A stretch of 64,000 nucleotides of DNA from the NCBI GenBank assembly GCA_902510115.1, contig CABWZU010000001.1:255-64254 (forward strand), written 5' to 3'. Position numbers and translations under genes: made by a program. This document shows positions 49,820 to 61,024 of this stretch, piece by piece (within the stretch, counting starts at the first letter, position 1; every line of letters starts with the position of its first letter). The DNA comes from an uncultured Gammaproteobacteria bacterium. GTDB lineage: Bacteria > Pseudomonadota > Gammaproteobacteria > PS1 > Pseudothioglobaceae. Under the pieces are notes generated by a model. It was not told the origin of the DNA, made no database searches, and was given only the letters and a program-made list of their open reading frames with translations.

Positions 49820-51574
49820 TTATCTTGTGATAGCAGTTATTGTTGCAAAGTTTGAGAAATATCGAGGCAATATAAAGTCCATAAAGTGCGATACAGTTTC
49901 GGACTTTTCATTAAAAAACTCAGAAGACAATGATTTATTATTAAACGCATTTGATGCTTTTTCAAGGCTTAATAGCATTTGCCAAGATGCTATTATGGTG
50001 CCTGCCATCATGAGTGTATCAAAAGCCAGTTTTCCAATAAGCTCCTTGTTGTCAGCATGATTCAGAATGATCGAAACCGTTTTTTCAAAATCTTCAATAG
50101 CACTGGTAAAACGCTTTAATTGAGAGTCTGAAACCATTTCTACCAGAATTGGGTTCATAGCAAATTCACGCATCTCAGCAATTAGCTCATTGGCGCCAAG
50201 CCCACTATCAGTAATGATTTTTCTGCCCACAAGGTCCATTGCTTGAATGCCGTTTGTTCCCTCATAGATTGGCAAGATTCTTGCATCTCTAAGAATTTGA
50301 GCAATACCCGTCTCCTCGACATAGCCCATTCCGCCGTGACACTGAAGACTAACCGAGGCAACTTCTTGTGCAGTTTCTGTACACCAGCCTTTGACAATTG
50401 GGGTTAAAAACCCAAGCCTTCTTTCGTGCATTTCTAGGTTTTCGAGCGGGAGGTTGCTTAAGGAGTAGTCAACCTCTGCACAAGCAGCATAAGTCAGTGC
50501 TCGAGAGCCTTGCGTGATTGACTTCATGTTGGCAAGCATTCTTTGGACATCTGGGTGTCTAATAATGGGTCCAGGCTCCTTAAAGCCGGGAGCAACACCT
50601 TGAACTCGTTCATTACAAAAACTAAGTGCCTGCTGATAGGCCCGCTCAGATACTGAGACGCCCTGGAGCCCAACAGTAAGTCTTGCATTATTCATCATTG
50701 TGAACATGCACTGGATGCCTTTGTTTTCCTCACCAACCAAATAGCCAATTGCACCACTTTCTTCACCATAACTCATGACACATGTGGGACAGGCATGAAT
50801 GCCAATTTTATGCTCGATGGATAGCGCCTTTAAGTCGTTTAGTTGTCCAAGAGAGCCGTCATTGTTAACGAGCAACTTAGGTACTAAAAATAAAGAAATG
50901 CCCTTAATTCCTTCAGGGGCATCTGGCAGACGCGCTAATACCAGGTGAATAATATTCTCGGCCATATCGTGCTCACCCCAAGTAATATAAACTTTTTGCC
51001 CACGAATTAAGTAGTGATCTCCATTAGGGGTGGCCTTAGTTTTAAGTGAGCCAACATCAGTTCCAGCGTCGCCTTCAGTGAGATTCATTGTTCCACTCCA
51101 TTCCCCTGAAATTAGTTTGGGAAGGTAGCGCTGTTTAAGTTCTTCAGTTGCATTCAGAGTGATTGCTTCGACTGCTCCCTGGGTAAGAAGGGGGCATAGT
51201 CCCCAAGACATATTGGCAGAATGCCACATCTCTTGAACACTTGCAGCAACCACAAATGGGACGCCCTGTCCTCCATAGGTTGGTGAGAATTGGAGTGAGC
51301 CCCAACCTCCCTCAACAAAGTGCTGATAGGCTTCTTTAAAGCCAGATGCAGTGGTTACTTTTCCAGAGCCGTCTATTTTTAAGCCTTCAGAATCACCAGG
51401 CTTATTGATTGGCTCTATCTCCTCTTTTGCAAGCTTTCCCGCAGCCTCCAGGACTGTGTCAAGAATTTCAACAGTGGAGACATCTAAACCAGTTTCATTA
51501 CAAAGTTTTTCAATCTCAACAACTTCTTTCAATACAAAGCCCATGTCTTCGACAGGCGCAGTATAGTTTGACAT
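49820..51574 (-). CDS. Acyl-CoA dehydrogenase (DmdC-like, long ACAD subfamily)
   Basis: YTAPVEDM, GTMNLTE, ENIIHLVLAR, EHKIGIH, MFTMMNNARL, HGGMGY and IYEGTNGIQAMDL motifs. Confidence 0.85.
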   Translation of the reverse strand: MSNYTAPVEDMGFVLKEVVEIEKLCNETGLDVSTVEILDTVLEAAGKLAKEEIEPINKPGDSEGLKIDGSGKVTTASGFKEAYQHFVEGGWGSLQFSPTYGGQGVPFVVAASVQEMWHSANMSWGLCPLLTQGAVEAITLNATEELKQRYLPKLISGEWSGTMNLTEGDAGTDVGSLKTKATPNGDHYLIRGQKVYITWGEHDMAENIIHLVLARLPDAPEGIKGISLFLVPKLLVNNDGSLGQLNDLKALSIEHKIGIHACPTCVMSYGEESGAIGYLVGEENKGIQCMFTMMNNARLTVGLQGVSVSERAYQQALSFCNERVQGVAPGFKEPGPIIRHPDVQRMLANMKSITQGSRALTYAACAEVDYSLSNLPLENLEMHERRLGFLTPIVKGWCTETAQEVASVSLQCHGGMGYVEETGIAQILRDARILPIYEGTNGIQAMDLVGRKIITDSGLGANELIAEMREFAMNPILVEMVSDSQLKRFTSAIEDFEKTVSIILNHADNKELIGKLAFDTLMMAGTIIASWQMLLSLEKASNAFNNKSLSSEFFNEKSETVSHFMDFILPRYFSNFATITAITR

Positions 51575-53187
51575 TATTCTCCTCCCAGGCTCTTTACAGT
51601 AGCCCTAAGCTCGTGCTTTTGAATTTTCCCAGTTGCAGTTTTTGGAAGTGGACCAAAAACAACTTTTTTAGGCCGTTTAAATTTAGCCATATTGTCTTTA
51701 CAAAAAGCTATAAGTTCATCCTCAGAGGCTTCTTGATTAGGTTTGAGCTCAACAAAAGCACAGGGCACCTCGCCCCAAGTTTCATCTGCCATTGCAACAA
51801 CTGCAGCCTCACCTACTGAGGGGTGTTGATAAAGAACATTTTCGACTTCAACTGATGAGATATTCTCTCCACCTGAAATGATAATATCCTTTGATCTGTC
51901 CTTAATCTGTATATAGCCATCATCATGAATGACTGCAAGGTCGCCACTATGAAACCAGTCATCAGCAAAAGCCTCTTTCGTGGCTTTGGGATTATTCCAA
52001 TAGCCCATCATGCAGGTATTGCAGCGTATCACAATTTCACCAATGGTTTCTCCATCATGAGCGACGCGCACTCCAGTATCCTGATCTATCACGCTAACAT
52101 CCTCAGTCATAGGGAATCTAACCCCCTGTCTCGAGCTCAACTTGGCAAGCTCTGCTGGGCTCTTATTAAGCCACGATGCCTGAGGGGCTGCTTGAAGTAT
52201 ATGACCATAGGTCTCTGTAAGGCCATATACATGCATTACATTAAATCCAAGCGACATCATGCTTTCTAAAACTTTCGCAGGAGGAGGTGCTCCAGCGGTC
52301 ATGACTTTGATTTCCCTATCAAATGATTTTTTTATCTCTTTAGGGGCATTGGCAAGCATATTAAGCATAATCGGAGCGCCGCCAAAATGAGTCACACGGT
52401 ATTCATCAAGCAAGGAAAATACTTTTTCTGGATCGAAAGACCTAAGGCAAACTACAGTTCCAGCGAGCGCAGCCATTGTCCAGGCGTGCCCCCAGCCGTT
52501 GCAGTGAAATAGAGGGACTGAGTATAGATAGATAGGATGGTTAGGAAGATTCCAGCCTACCACAGTCCCCATGCTCATTAAATAGGAGCCACGATGATGA
52601 TACACCACACCTTTAGGCTTTCCCGTTGTTCCAGATGTATAGCTTAGTGATAGCGGGCTCCATTCATCGCTTGGCATAGTCCAGTTATAAAGCGGGTCAC
52701 CGTTTTCAATAAGTGACTCATAGTCTAATATGTCAGCAGAAACATCTGGAGCTGAGCTAGCAAAGGAGTCATTAATTAAAACGATTTTTGGACTTACTGA
52801 GGCAATAGAAAGTGCCTCAGAAGCAACGTCATAAAGTTCTCTATCAACGAAGAGAATTTTTGCATTGCTATCATCAAAAATGTAGGCTATTGTTGGCGCA
52901 TCAAGTCTAATATTTATCGTATTTAAAATAGCGCCGGCCATTGGAATCGAAAAATGGGATTCAAACATTTCTGGAGTATTGAATGCTAATACTGAAATCG
53001 TATCTCCTGTTTCAATTCCAAAGCTGTTAAGGCTCGAGGCAACTCTAACACATCTCTCTCTGGTCTGACTCCAGGTGTATGCCCTGTCCTCATATATAAC
53101 TGACTTATATTCGCCATAAACATCAGCTGTTCTATGTAAAAAAGATATGGGAGTTAGGGGGACAAAATTAGCAGGATTTTTGTTCAT
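51574..53187 (-). CDS. AMP-forming acyl-CoA ligase (DmdB-like)
   Basis: N-terminal ANFVPLTPISFL.R; YTSGTTGKPKG, FHCNGW, YGLTE, DIIISGGENISS and PKTATGKIQK motifs. Confidence 0.85.
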   Translation of the reverse strand: MNKNPANFVPLTPISFLHRTADVYGEYKSVIYEDRAYTWSQTRERCVRVASSLNSFGIETGDTISVLAFNTPEMFESHFSIPMAGAILNTINIRLDAPTIAYIFDDSNAKILFVDRELYDVASEALSIASVSPKIVLINDSFASSAPDVSADILDYESLIENGDPLYNWTMPSDEWSPLSLSYTSGTTGKPKGVVYHHRGSYLMSMGTVVGWNLPNHPIYLYSVPLFHCNGWGHAWTMAALAGTVVCLRSFDPEKVFSLLDEYRVTHFGGAPIMLNMLANAPKEIKKSFDREIKVMTAGAPPPAKVLESMMSLGFNVMHVYGLTETYGHILQAAPQASWLNKSPAELAKLSSRQGVRFPMTEDVSVIDQDTGVRVAHDGETIGEIVIRCNTCMMGYWNNPKATKEAFADDWFHSGDLAVIHDDGYIQIKDRSKDIIISGGENISSVEVENVLYQHPSVGEAAVVAMADETWGEVPCAFVELKPNQEASEDELIAFCKDNMAKFKRPKKVVFGPLPKTATGKIQKHELRATVKSLGGE

Positions 53188-53198
53188 AGGCGGAACTG

Positions 53199-55493
53199 TT
53201 AATTTCTTAGAGTAATGCCATTATCTAACATGGCAACAATTCTTGCTTGAGTTTCTTGGGTTTGGGCAAGCCTGATAAATGAAGATCGTTCAGCATTGAG
53301 AATGTCTTGCTCAGAAAAAACTGTTCCAGCTGGGCACTCACCACCCGACATTACTCTTCCAATCTCAGTTCCAACAGTTACATCATGTGGGGTAAGCATG
53401 CCTTTTTTATGATTTACTTCAAGCCACTCTAACATTTCTTGATAGTGTTCAGCTCCTGAAAGGGCAAGTGGCTTTCGTTTGCCAACTTTTTTTGTTATAT
53501 CTATTGTTGAAAGTGCAGCGTTCAATATTCGATCACGATTCATTTGAAAAGTATCACCAGGCCTTCTCATGGATAAGGCATCAGCTTCTTGAGGCGAGTT
53601 AGCCTTTCTTCCAAGACCGATATTCATAAATGATTTCCATGCCCCTTTCTGAGTATCGTTTAGCTTTTCTGTCCAACGATAGAGCATTTCTTTGCAGCCA
53701 CCACCTGCAGGCACAACACCAACAAAAGACTCAACTAGGCCCATCACAGAGTTAGCGTGGCTGACAACATGGTCTGCATGTAAAACAACCTCAAAACCAC
53801 CGCCGATGGACATTCCAACAGGCGCAGCAATAACAGGAAGGTTGGAGTCTCTCATTTGAAGCATAGTGTTTTGAAAATAAGCAAGAAAGTCATCAAGGCC
53901 ATCAAAGTCATTTTTTTCAAAACAGTTTCTAACACTCCATAGGCTAACACCACAAGAAAAATGTTGAAAGTCATTGTGTATGATAACGCCTCTCAGCCCT
54001 TTGTTTTCAGAGGCAGTGACTGCATCAGATATCATATCCAGGCTTTGAGTGTCGAGAGCGTTTGCTTTTGAGTGGAACTCCACAATAGCAGCACCCTCAT
54101 ATTCAAACCAGCTAGCGGACTCATTTGAGTTGATTGGAGTCAAAGTTTGCCTCGCTTCTGAGAATCGAAGAACACCTTTTGGTCTGATAATAGGCTTCAG
54201 TTCGCCAGAACTAGTTAGTGTGCTCAAGATTGAATTCGAGCTGGTATAAAACTTATTATTTAAGCTATTTTCAAGGAAGTCAGGCACATCTCTGGCGCTA
54301 TTTTTAAGTCTTTTAACAAAGTAATCAATTCCAATTTCATCAATTAATTCAAAAGGTCCTTTCACCCAGTTATAGCCGAGCTTCATTGCGTCATCAATTT
54401 GGGTTACATCTTCAGTAACTTCAGGCACTAATGATGACGCATAGGACAAGGTTTCAGAAAGCACATCCCAGATAAAGAGGCCATATTTGCTTTGATCGCT
54501 AATGATGGCGGTTACTCCAATTTTTTCAGCATCTTCTAGGAGCGAAGTTTTTAGGCGTTTATGTTCAACATAGTTTCCATTAGACAGGTCTATTACCATT
54601 TTTTCGTCACCAACCTGCTTATAAAAACCCTGGTCATTTTTATTTCCAGTTTGACCATTGGCAATCATGTTTGATACAAATTCTATTGGTGCTGCATACT
54701 TATGAAATTCATCATTTTCTGGCAAGATGTTTTCGAGGCTTTTTGCCACATCAGCCATAAGGTCAATGCCAATTAGGTCGTAAAGACCAAAAACTCCAGT
54801 TTTGGGAAGGCCAAGTGGTCTCCCAAAAAAAGCATCAGCCTCTGTTGGAGAGAGGTTGTATTCAAATGCCTTGTGAAGGGCGCACTGAATTGCAAAAACA
54901 CCTACTCTATTTGCAAGAAAGCCAGGCGTATCTGAACAAGGCACAACACCCTTACCAAGCATACTCTCGCAGAAAACATCAAGCGTGTCCATCACATCTT
55001 GTCTGGTTTGCTCACCTCTGACTAGCTCTAGGAGTCTCATGAAGCGAACTGGGTTAAAGAAATGAGTAATAGCAAAGCGCTCACAAAAGTCTTGAGGCAT
55101 GCCCTCAGTCAATAGACTAATTGGAATAGTAGAGGTATTCGAAGTAATGATCGCAGATTCTTTACAGCTATCATGAAGTTTTTTGTAGAGTGCCTGTTTA
55201 ATGTCAAGTCTTTCCACAACAGCTTCAGCAATCCAGTCACATTCAGTGAGCTCATTAAAGTTATCTCTTGTATTTCCCAGATGTATAAGCTCTTCAGCCT
55301 CTTTACTCATAATGCCGGGCATGTCAGGATCTCTGAGTCTCTCTAATCCTCTTTGGGCTAGACTGTTTACATTTTCACCTTCAGTTGGCAGATCTAGTAG
55401 CCAAACCTCTATTCCTGCGTTAGCAACTTGGCCAGCAATACCAGCACCCATCGTACCGGCGCCAATGACGCCAACTTTTATAATTTTATTCAT
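53199..55493 (-). CDS. 3-hydroxyacyl-CoA dehydrogenase / enoyl-CoA hydratase fusion (FadN-like domain order)
   Basis: N-terminal GAGTMG, EAVVE, SNTS, HFFNP and PGFLANR; C-terminal crotonase motifs GGGFE and GLVE..VGVVPAGGG. Confidence 0.88.
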   Translation of the reverse strand: MNKIIKVGVIGAGTMGAGIAGQVANAGIEVWLLDLPTEGENVNSLAQRGLERLRDPDMPGIMSKEAEELIHLGNTRDNFNELTECDWIAEAVVERLDIKQALYKKLHDSCKESAIITSNTSTIPISLLTEGMPQDFCERFAITHFFNPVRFMRLLELVRGEQTRQDVMDTLDVFCESMLGKGVVPCSDTPGFLANRVGVFAIQCALHKAFEYNLSPTEADAFFGRPLGLPKTGVFGLYDLIGIDLMADVAKSLENILPENDEFHKYAAPIEFVSNMIANGQTGNKNDQGFYKQVGDEKMVIDLSNGNYVEHKRLKTSLLEDAEKIGVTAIISDQSKYGLFIWDVLSETLSYASSLVPEVTEDVTQIDDAMKLGYNWVKGPFELIDEIGIDYFVKRLKNSARDVPDFLENSLNNKFYTSSNSILSTLTSSGELKPIIRPKGVLRFSEARQTLTPINSNESASWFEYEGAAIVEFHSKANALDTQSLDMISDAVTASENKGLRGVIIHNDFQHFSCGVSLWSVRNCFEKNDFDGLDDFLAYFQNTMLQMRDSNLPVIAAPVGMSIGGGFEVVLHADHVVSHANSVMGLVESFVGVVPAGGGCKEMLYRWTEKLNDTQKGAWKSFMNIGLGRKANSPQEADALSMRRPGDTFQMNRDRILNAALSTIDITKKVGKRKPLALSGAEHYQEMLEWLEVNHKKGMLTPHDVTVGTEIGRVMSGGECPAGTVFSEQDILNAERSSFIRLAQTQETQARIVAMLDNGITLRN

Positions 55494-56281
55494 GGGTTTG
55501 TTTGTAAAATAAATGATTTAATGGCGTCCAAAGTGCTCTTTGGAGCCTCAATTGGTAGCATATGTCCTGCGCCTGAAACAGTTGTAGTTTCTGCCCCTAA
55601 AAGCTCTGCAAGCTCTAATCCAAATTTGTATGGAGTGTTTTTGTCTTCTGTTGCCACAATAACATTTGAAGGCGCTTTAATATTTTTTGCACAGTTTATT
55701 CCGTTCTTATATTTATTGCAAGCCAAGAGATCCTCAGCCAAAGGATTTGATGACATAATTTGACGCCCAATGCCTATTGGTTGCATCCCAGGGACTGCAC
55801 TACTGCCTGAATGAGATCGAGATCCAAAGCCCCACCTCAAGAGCATATCAGCAGCTTCTTTTGTATTTTTCTGGGCAGTATCAACAAGTGATTCATTCAC
55901 AGGGATTGCTGAGGCGCTAGCAACAGCAGTTAAAGATTTTAATTTGTCTTCTAAAAGAATAGCTGCTTCAAGAGCTACAAGAAAGCCTTGTGAATGGCCA
56001 ACCAAATGGACATTTTCCGCACCCGAGTGTTTAATCGCTTTAACTAGCCATTTGCCCATACTTTCAATCGACTTAAGAGGCTCGCCTTCTGACAAGCTAT
56101 GTCCAGGCAAATCAGGTGCCAAAACAGAGAAGCCATGAAATGCAAACCATCTTGCCTGGAGCGCCCAAGATCTATGATCGAGGCCACTTCCATGGACAAA
56201 AACCACAGTCGGTTTTTTTGGATCAAAAACACAGCCCCCAGTGGCTACAAAAATATTTACTCCATCAACAACAATATTCAT
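55490..56281 (-). CDS. Alpha/beta hydrolase
   Basis: FVHGSG, PDLPGH, nucleophile motif GHSQG, catalytic His in GAGHML. Confidence 0.88.
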   Translation of the reverse strand: MNIVVDGVNIFVATGGCVFDPKKPTVVFVHGSGLDHRSWALQARWFAFHGFSVLAPDLPGHSLSEGEPLKSIESMGKWLVKAIKHSGAENVHLVGHSQGFLVALEAAILLEDKLKSLTAVASASAIPVNESLVDTAQKNTKEAADMLLRWGFGSRSHSGSSAVPGMQPIGIGRQIMSSNPLAEDLLACNKYKNGINCAKNIKAPSNVIVATEDKNTPYKFGLELAELLGAETTTVSGAGHMLPIEAPKSTLDAIKSFILQTNP

Positions 56282-57582
56282 TACGCAGTTGCCTTTTCTA
56301 CTGCCTTTAGGCCAACTTTAAAGTCATTGATGATGTCATTAACAGATTCAATTCCAACTGACACTCTGATTAGATCAGGACTTGTTCCAGAGGCTTTCAT
56401 CGCCTCATCATCTAGTCGAGAGTGCGTCGTACTTGCAGGGTGAAGGACGAGTGTTCTTGAGTCACCTACATTTGCTAAATTTGATGATAACTTAAGAGAG
56501 TTGATAAATGCCGCCCCTCCTTCTCTTCCTCCTTTGACACCAAAGCATAACATTGATCCAGCACCATTTGGAAAGAGCTCTTTTGCAATCTCGCAGGTAG
56601 GGTTTTCAGGCAGATCTGGATGGTTAACCCACATTACTGCAGACTGTTCCAGCAGCCATTTTGCGAGTTTGATTGCATTTTTAACATGTTGACTCATTCG
56701 AAGATTAAGAGTTTCAATGCCTTGAAGCAGTAAAAAAGCGCTGTGAGGACTCATGGCGGGGCCAAAGTCACGCATAGACTCCGCTCTAATTTTCATTGAA
56801 AGGGCTGACGGCCCAAATTCTTCCCAGAAGTTTATTCCATGGAATGGCTCATAAGGTGTAGTAAGTTCAGGATGTTTGTTAGCAGCGCCCCAGTCAAAAG
56901 CCCCACCATCAACAATGACGCCTCCCACTGCAACTCCATGTCCTCCCATCCATTTTGTAACAGAGTGCACTACAACATCAGCCCCATGATCAAATGGCTT
57001 ACAAAGCGCTGGTGTTGCAAATGTAGCATCAATAACAAGCGGCAGGTTATTTTGATGAGCAATATTTGAAATTTTGGGCAGGTTTGATACTTCTAGTCCA
57101 GGGTTGCCAATTGACTCACAAAAGATAAGTTTTGTGTTTTCCTGTATGGCCGCTTTAAGAGCTTTTTCATCATTAATGGAGACAAAAGTGCAGTCAATAT
57201 TAAATCTTTTGAGAGTGTGTCTAAGGAGTGTCGCAGTAGAGCCATAGATTTGTGAGGCGCTGACAATATGATCACCAGCAGAACAAAGACTAACAAAAGT
57301 AACAAAAAGTGCGCTCATACCTGAGGCTGTACAAATTGCCCCAACACCTCCCTCTAGTGCAGCAATACGCTGCTCTAAAACGGCAACGGTAGGATTCGTC
57401 ATTCTGCTATAAATGTGCCCACCCTTTTCTATATTGAAAAGTGCAGCAGCATCATCAACAGTCTCAAAAACATACGAGGTGGTTTGATAAACAGGGACAG
57501 CCCTACTTCCAAATGAAGGGTCTGGCTCATATCCCGAATGAAGTGATATTGTTTCAGGACCCAAGAAAGATGACTTTCCCAT
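56281..57582 (-). CDS. metY: O-acylhomoserine aminocarboxypropyltransferase / sulfhydrylase (MetY family)
   Basis: PVYQTTSY, YSRMTNPT, ASGMSA, PLP-lysine motif HSVTKW..GHG, ANVGDSRTL..HPASTTH. Confidence 0.85.
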   Translation of the reverse strand: MGKSSFLGPETISLHSGYEPDPSFGSRAVPVYQTTSYVFETVDDAAALFNIEKGGHIYSRMTNPTVAVLEQRIAALEGGVGAICTASGMSALFVTFVSLCSAGDHIVSASQIYGSTATLLRHTLKRFNIDCTFVSINDEKALKAAIQENTKLIFCESIGNPGLEVSNLPKISNIAHQNNLPLVIDATFATPALCKPFDHGADVVVHSVTKWMGGHGVAVGGVIVDGGAFDWGAANKHPELTTPYEPFHGINFWEEFGPSALSMKIRAESMRDFGPAMSPHSAFLLLQGIETLNLRMSQHVKNAIKLAKWLLEQSAVMWVNHPDLPENPTCEIAKELFPNGAGSMLCFGVKGGREGGAAFINSLKLSSNLANVGDSRTLVLHPASTTHSRLDDEAMKASGTSPDLIRVSVGIESVNDIINDFKVGLKAVEKATA

Positions 57583-57692
57583 AATATTTACTTAGAAAAT
57601 AAAATCAATATTTTCTCATAACTAGTTGCAGAGTTGTTTTGAAATTGCCTTGGCCTTTAGTTTAAAAATTCAGGTCTTTGATTGCTCTTTCT

Positions 57693-58367
57693 TCAAGTTG
57701 CCTGTGCAAGCTCAGAACGCATTTTATCTATTGTTTTTTTATAGTCATCTGTATTGAAAATAGCAGATCCAGCTACAAAGGTATCAGCCCCAGCTGAGGC
57801 TATCTCTTTAATATTCTCAATCTTTACTCCACCATCAATTTCAAGCCTGGTTCGAAGGTTTCTTGAATCAATTAAGTCTCTAACAACTCTTAATTTTTCC
57901 AGAGTTTCAGGAATAAATGATTGGCCACCAAAGCCTGGATTAACCGACATTAATAAAACCATATCAAGCTGGTCAATAACATGGTCTAAGTGGTTAAGAG
58001 GTGTTGCAGGATTAAAAACTAAACCTGCCTTACAGCCACTTTCTTTAATCAGACTAATTGTTCGATCAATATGTTCTGAGGCCTCTGGATGAAAGGTTAT
58101 GTAAGAAGCTCCAGCGCTCGCAAAATCAGGAATAATTCGATCCACTGGTTTTACCATGAGGTGGACATCAATAGGCGCTGTAACTCCATGATTTCTTAGG
58201 GCCTCACAAACTAATGGCCCTATGGTTAGGTTTGGGACATAGTGATTATCCATCACGTCAAAGTGAACTATGTCTGCTCCTGCATTCAAAACATTGTCAA
58301 CCTCTTCACCAAGCTTAGCAAAGTTTGCAGAGAGTATTGAGGGGGCGATAAAGTTGTCTTTTTTCAT
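57693..58367 (-). CDS. rpe: Ribulose-phosphate 3-epimerase
   Basis: [37 protein letters not shown] and IDGG. ATG 58367 preferred to GTG 58379. Confidence 0.97.
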   Translation of the reverse strand: MKKDNFIAPSILSANFAKLGEEVDNVLNAGADIVHFDVMDNHYVPNLTIGPLVCEALRNHGVTAPIDVHLMVKPVDRIIPDFASAGASYITFHPEASEHIDRTISLIKESGCKAGLVFNPATPLNHLDHVIDQLDMVLLMSVNPGFGGQSFIPETLEKLRVVRDLIDSRNLRTRLEIDGGVKIENIKEIASAGADTFVAGSAIFNTDDYKKTIDKMRSELAQAT

Positions 58368-58378
58368 GTCTCTATCCA

Positions 58379-59905
58379 CTAATTAGTTAGAAGGTTTTTT
58401 CCTGACATCTCGCTTGGCTGTTCAATATTCATGAGCGACAAAAGAGTTGGAGCTAGGTCTGCCAGTGTACCGATATGTGGACCTAATAGCGAGCTTTTCT
58501 TGTCACCAATATAAATTAATGGAACTGGGTTAGTTGTATGAGCAGTATGACTTTTCTGAGTTATAGAGTCTGTCATCTGTTCTGCATTTCCGTGATCAGC
58601 AGTAATTAAAACCTCTGTTTTTGTTTTTTTAGCTGCTTGGTGGATTTTTCCAAGACAGCTATCAACAGCTTCTACAGCCTTAATCGCCGCTTCGAGTTTT
58701 CCAGTGTGTCCAACCATGTCGGTATTTGCAAAGTTGCAGATAATAAGACTATATTTTTGAGCATTAATCTCAGAAATAAGATTTTCGGTGAGTTCGAATG
58801 CACTCATCTCCGGTTGCAGGTCGTAAGTTTTTACTTTGGGCGACTGAATAAGCCTTCTATCTTCTCCAGGAAGACTTTCTTCAACGCCACCATTGAAGAA
58901 AAAAGTAACATGGGCGTACTTTTCAGTTTCAGCTATTCTAAGCTGCTTAAATCCAAGATCTGAGATGCAATCACCTAGAGTATTTTTGACAGATATTGGG
59001 GGGAAAGCACAGCTAAGACCAAAGTCTTTTTTATATTCTGTAAGACAAACAAAATTACACTCAGCAAAATACTCTCGATTAAACTCATCAAAGCTGGTCA
59101 TTGCAAGGGCTTGAGTTATTTCTCTTGCTCTATCTGCTCGATAGTTCATAAAAATCATTAGGTCGCCATCCTCTAGTCTAACAGGGCTGCCTATTGATGT
59201 CGGCGATAGAAACTCATCATTTTCGCCTAAGCCATATGCCTCTTGAATAGCTTCTTGGGCGCTGCTTGAATGTCTTTCGCCAACTCCTTGAGATATCAGT
59301 TTATAGGCTTTTGAAACCCTTTCCCAGCGATTATCTCTATCCATTGCATAAAAGCGCCCAGTTATTGATGCAATTTTACCCACGCCTATTTTGGAAATTT
59401 GTTTCTCTAGATCATTGACATAAGTTGAGGCGCTATTAGGCGGTGTGTCCCGTCCATCTGTAAAAACATGGATATAGACCGTATTACAATTTTGTTCTTT
59501 GGCAAGTTTAAGAGCCGCAAAGATATGATCCTGATGTGAGTGAACGCCGCCATCGGATAGCAGTCCAAGAAGATGAACAGCTCTTCCTTTTTTACTTGCT
59601 GAGGTTAGCGCTTTACAAAGCACATCATTGGTAAAAAAATCACCAGACTTGATTGAACTGTCTATTCTTGTATAGTCTTGTTCAATAATTCTTCCCGAGC
59701 CAATAGTGAGGTGACCAACTTCAGAATTACCCATTTGCCCATCTGGAAGACCAACGCTGCTTCCAGAAGTGCCAATAAGGGTATTCGGATAATTCTCTAT
59801 AAAATGATCCCAATTTGGAGTATCTGCAAGGGCAATTGCATTGTTAGATTTATCACTCGAATAACCCCACCCATCAAGGATTAAAAGCAGTTTTGTTTTT
59901 TCCAT
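58379..59905 (-). CDS. gpmI: 2,3-bisphosphoglycerate-independent phosphoglycerate mutase
   Basis: [43 protein letters not shown] and [11 protein letters not shown] 59905 preferred to GTG 59917. Confidence 0.97.
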   Translation of the reverse strand: MEKTKLLLILDGWGYSSDKSNNAIALADTPNWDHFIENYPNTLIGTSGSSVGLPDGQMGNSEVGHLTIGSGRIIEQDYTRIDSSIKSGDFFTNDVLCKALTSASKKGRAVHLLGLLSDGGVHSHQDHIFAALKLAKEQNCNTVYIHVFTDGRDTPPNSASTYVNDLEKQISKIGVGKIASITGRFYAMDRDNRWERVSKAYKLISQGVGERHSSSAQEAIQEAYGLGENDEFLSPTSIGSPVRLEDGDLMIFMNYRADRAREITQALAMTSFDEFNREYFAECNFVCLTEYKKDFGLSCAFPPISVKNTLGDCISDLGFKQLRIAETEKYAHVTFFFNGGVEESLPGEDRRLIQSPKVKTYDLQPEMSAFELTENLISEINAQKYSLIICNFANTDMVGHTGKLEAAIKAVEAVDSCLGKIHQAAKKTKTEVLITADHGNAEQMTDSITQKSHTAHTTNPVPLIYIGDKKSSLLGPHIGTLADLAPTLLSLMNIEQPSEMSGKNLLTN

Positions 59906-59917
59906 CAGATTTGGCAC

Positions 59918-61009
59918 TTAAACATTAAATAAAAAATGAACTACATCTCCATCTTTAACAACATAATCTTTTCCTTCGGAGCGAAGCTTCCCGGCATCCT
60001 TAGCTCCCTTTTCTCCAGAGTACTCAATATAGTCGGTGTATGAAATTGTTTCAGCGCGAATAAAGCCTTTCTCAAAGTCACCATGTATTTTACCCGCGGC
60101 AACAGGGGCCGAGTCTCCAATATTAATTGTCCATGCTCTGACTTCTTTTGGCCCTGCAGTAAAATACGTATGAAGTCTAAGCAGCCTATATCCCGCTTTA
60201 ATTAATCGATCAAGACCAGATTCTGATTGACCCATTTCATCTAAAAAGCCCTGTTTGTCCTCATCATCCAGTTCGGCAATCTCAGCCTCGATATCAGCAC
60301 AAACAGAGACCACTTGGCTATTTTCAGAGCTAGCATAGTCTATCAATGTTGTGAGATGTGGATTATTATTAAATCCATCTTCATTAACATTTGCAACATA
60401 CAAAACAGGCTTAGAAGTTAACAGTTGAAGGCTTTTGATTAGTTTGGCTTCATCTTCGTTAAACTCTAAAGATCTGACAGCCAAACCTTCTTCTAAGACT
60501 GGAAGAATTTTTTCGAGTAAGTTTTTTAGAGGTAAGCCTTCTTTCTGGCCTGCCTTTGAGTTTTTTATTGCTTTTTGATAGGCTTTTTCTGCACTAAAAA
60601 GGTCTGCAAGTGCCAGTTCAGTATTAATTGTTTCAATGTCATCCAAAGGGCTAACTTTTCCTGACACATGAATAATATCATCATTTTCAAAACAACGAAC
60701 TAAATGAAGAATGGCGTCTGTTTCCCTGATGTTTGAGAGAAATTGATTCCCAAGGCCTTCGCCCTTAGAGGCGCCTTCTACCAGTCCTGCAATATCAACA
60801 AACTCCATAGTGGTTGGAAGTATTTTTTCAGGTTTTGCAATTTCAGCAAGGTTTTGAAGTCGAGAGTCATTTACTGGAACAATTCCAATATTTGGCTCTA
60901 TGGTACAAAAAGGATAATTTTCTGAATCGATTCCAGCCTTAGTGAGCGCATTAAAGAGTGTGGACTTACCAACATTCGGCAGCCCAACAATTCCACACTT
61001 AAAACCCAT
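59918..61009 (-). CDS. ychF: Ribosome-binding ATPase YchF
   Basis: [28 protein letters not shown] and FEKGFIRAE motifs. Confidence 0.98.
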   Translation of the reverse strand: MGFKCGIVGLPNVGKSTLFNALTKAGIDSENYPFCTIEPNIGIVPVNDSRLQNLAEIAKPEKILPTTMEFVDIAGLVEGASKGEGLGNQFLSNIRETDAILHLVRCFENDDIIHVSGKVSPLDDIETINTELALADLFSAEKAYQKAIKNSKAGQKEGLPLKNLLEKILPVLEEGLAVRSLEFNEDEAKLIKSLQLLTSKPVLYVANVNEDGFNNNPHLTTLIDYASSENSQVVSVCADIEAEIAELDDEDKQGFLDEMGQSESGLDRLIKAGYRLLRLHTYFTAGPKEVRAWTINIGDSAPVAAGKIHGDFEKGFIRAETISYTDYIEYSGEKGAKDAGKLRSEGKDYVVKDGDVVHFLFNV

Positions 61010-61024
61010 TATTTTTCTCCAATG

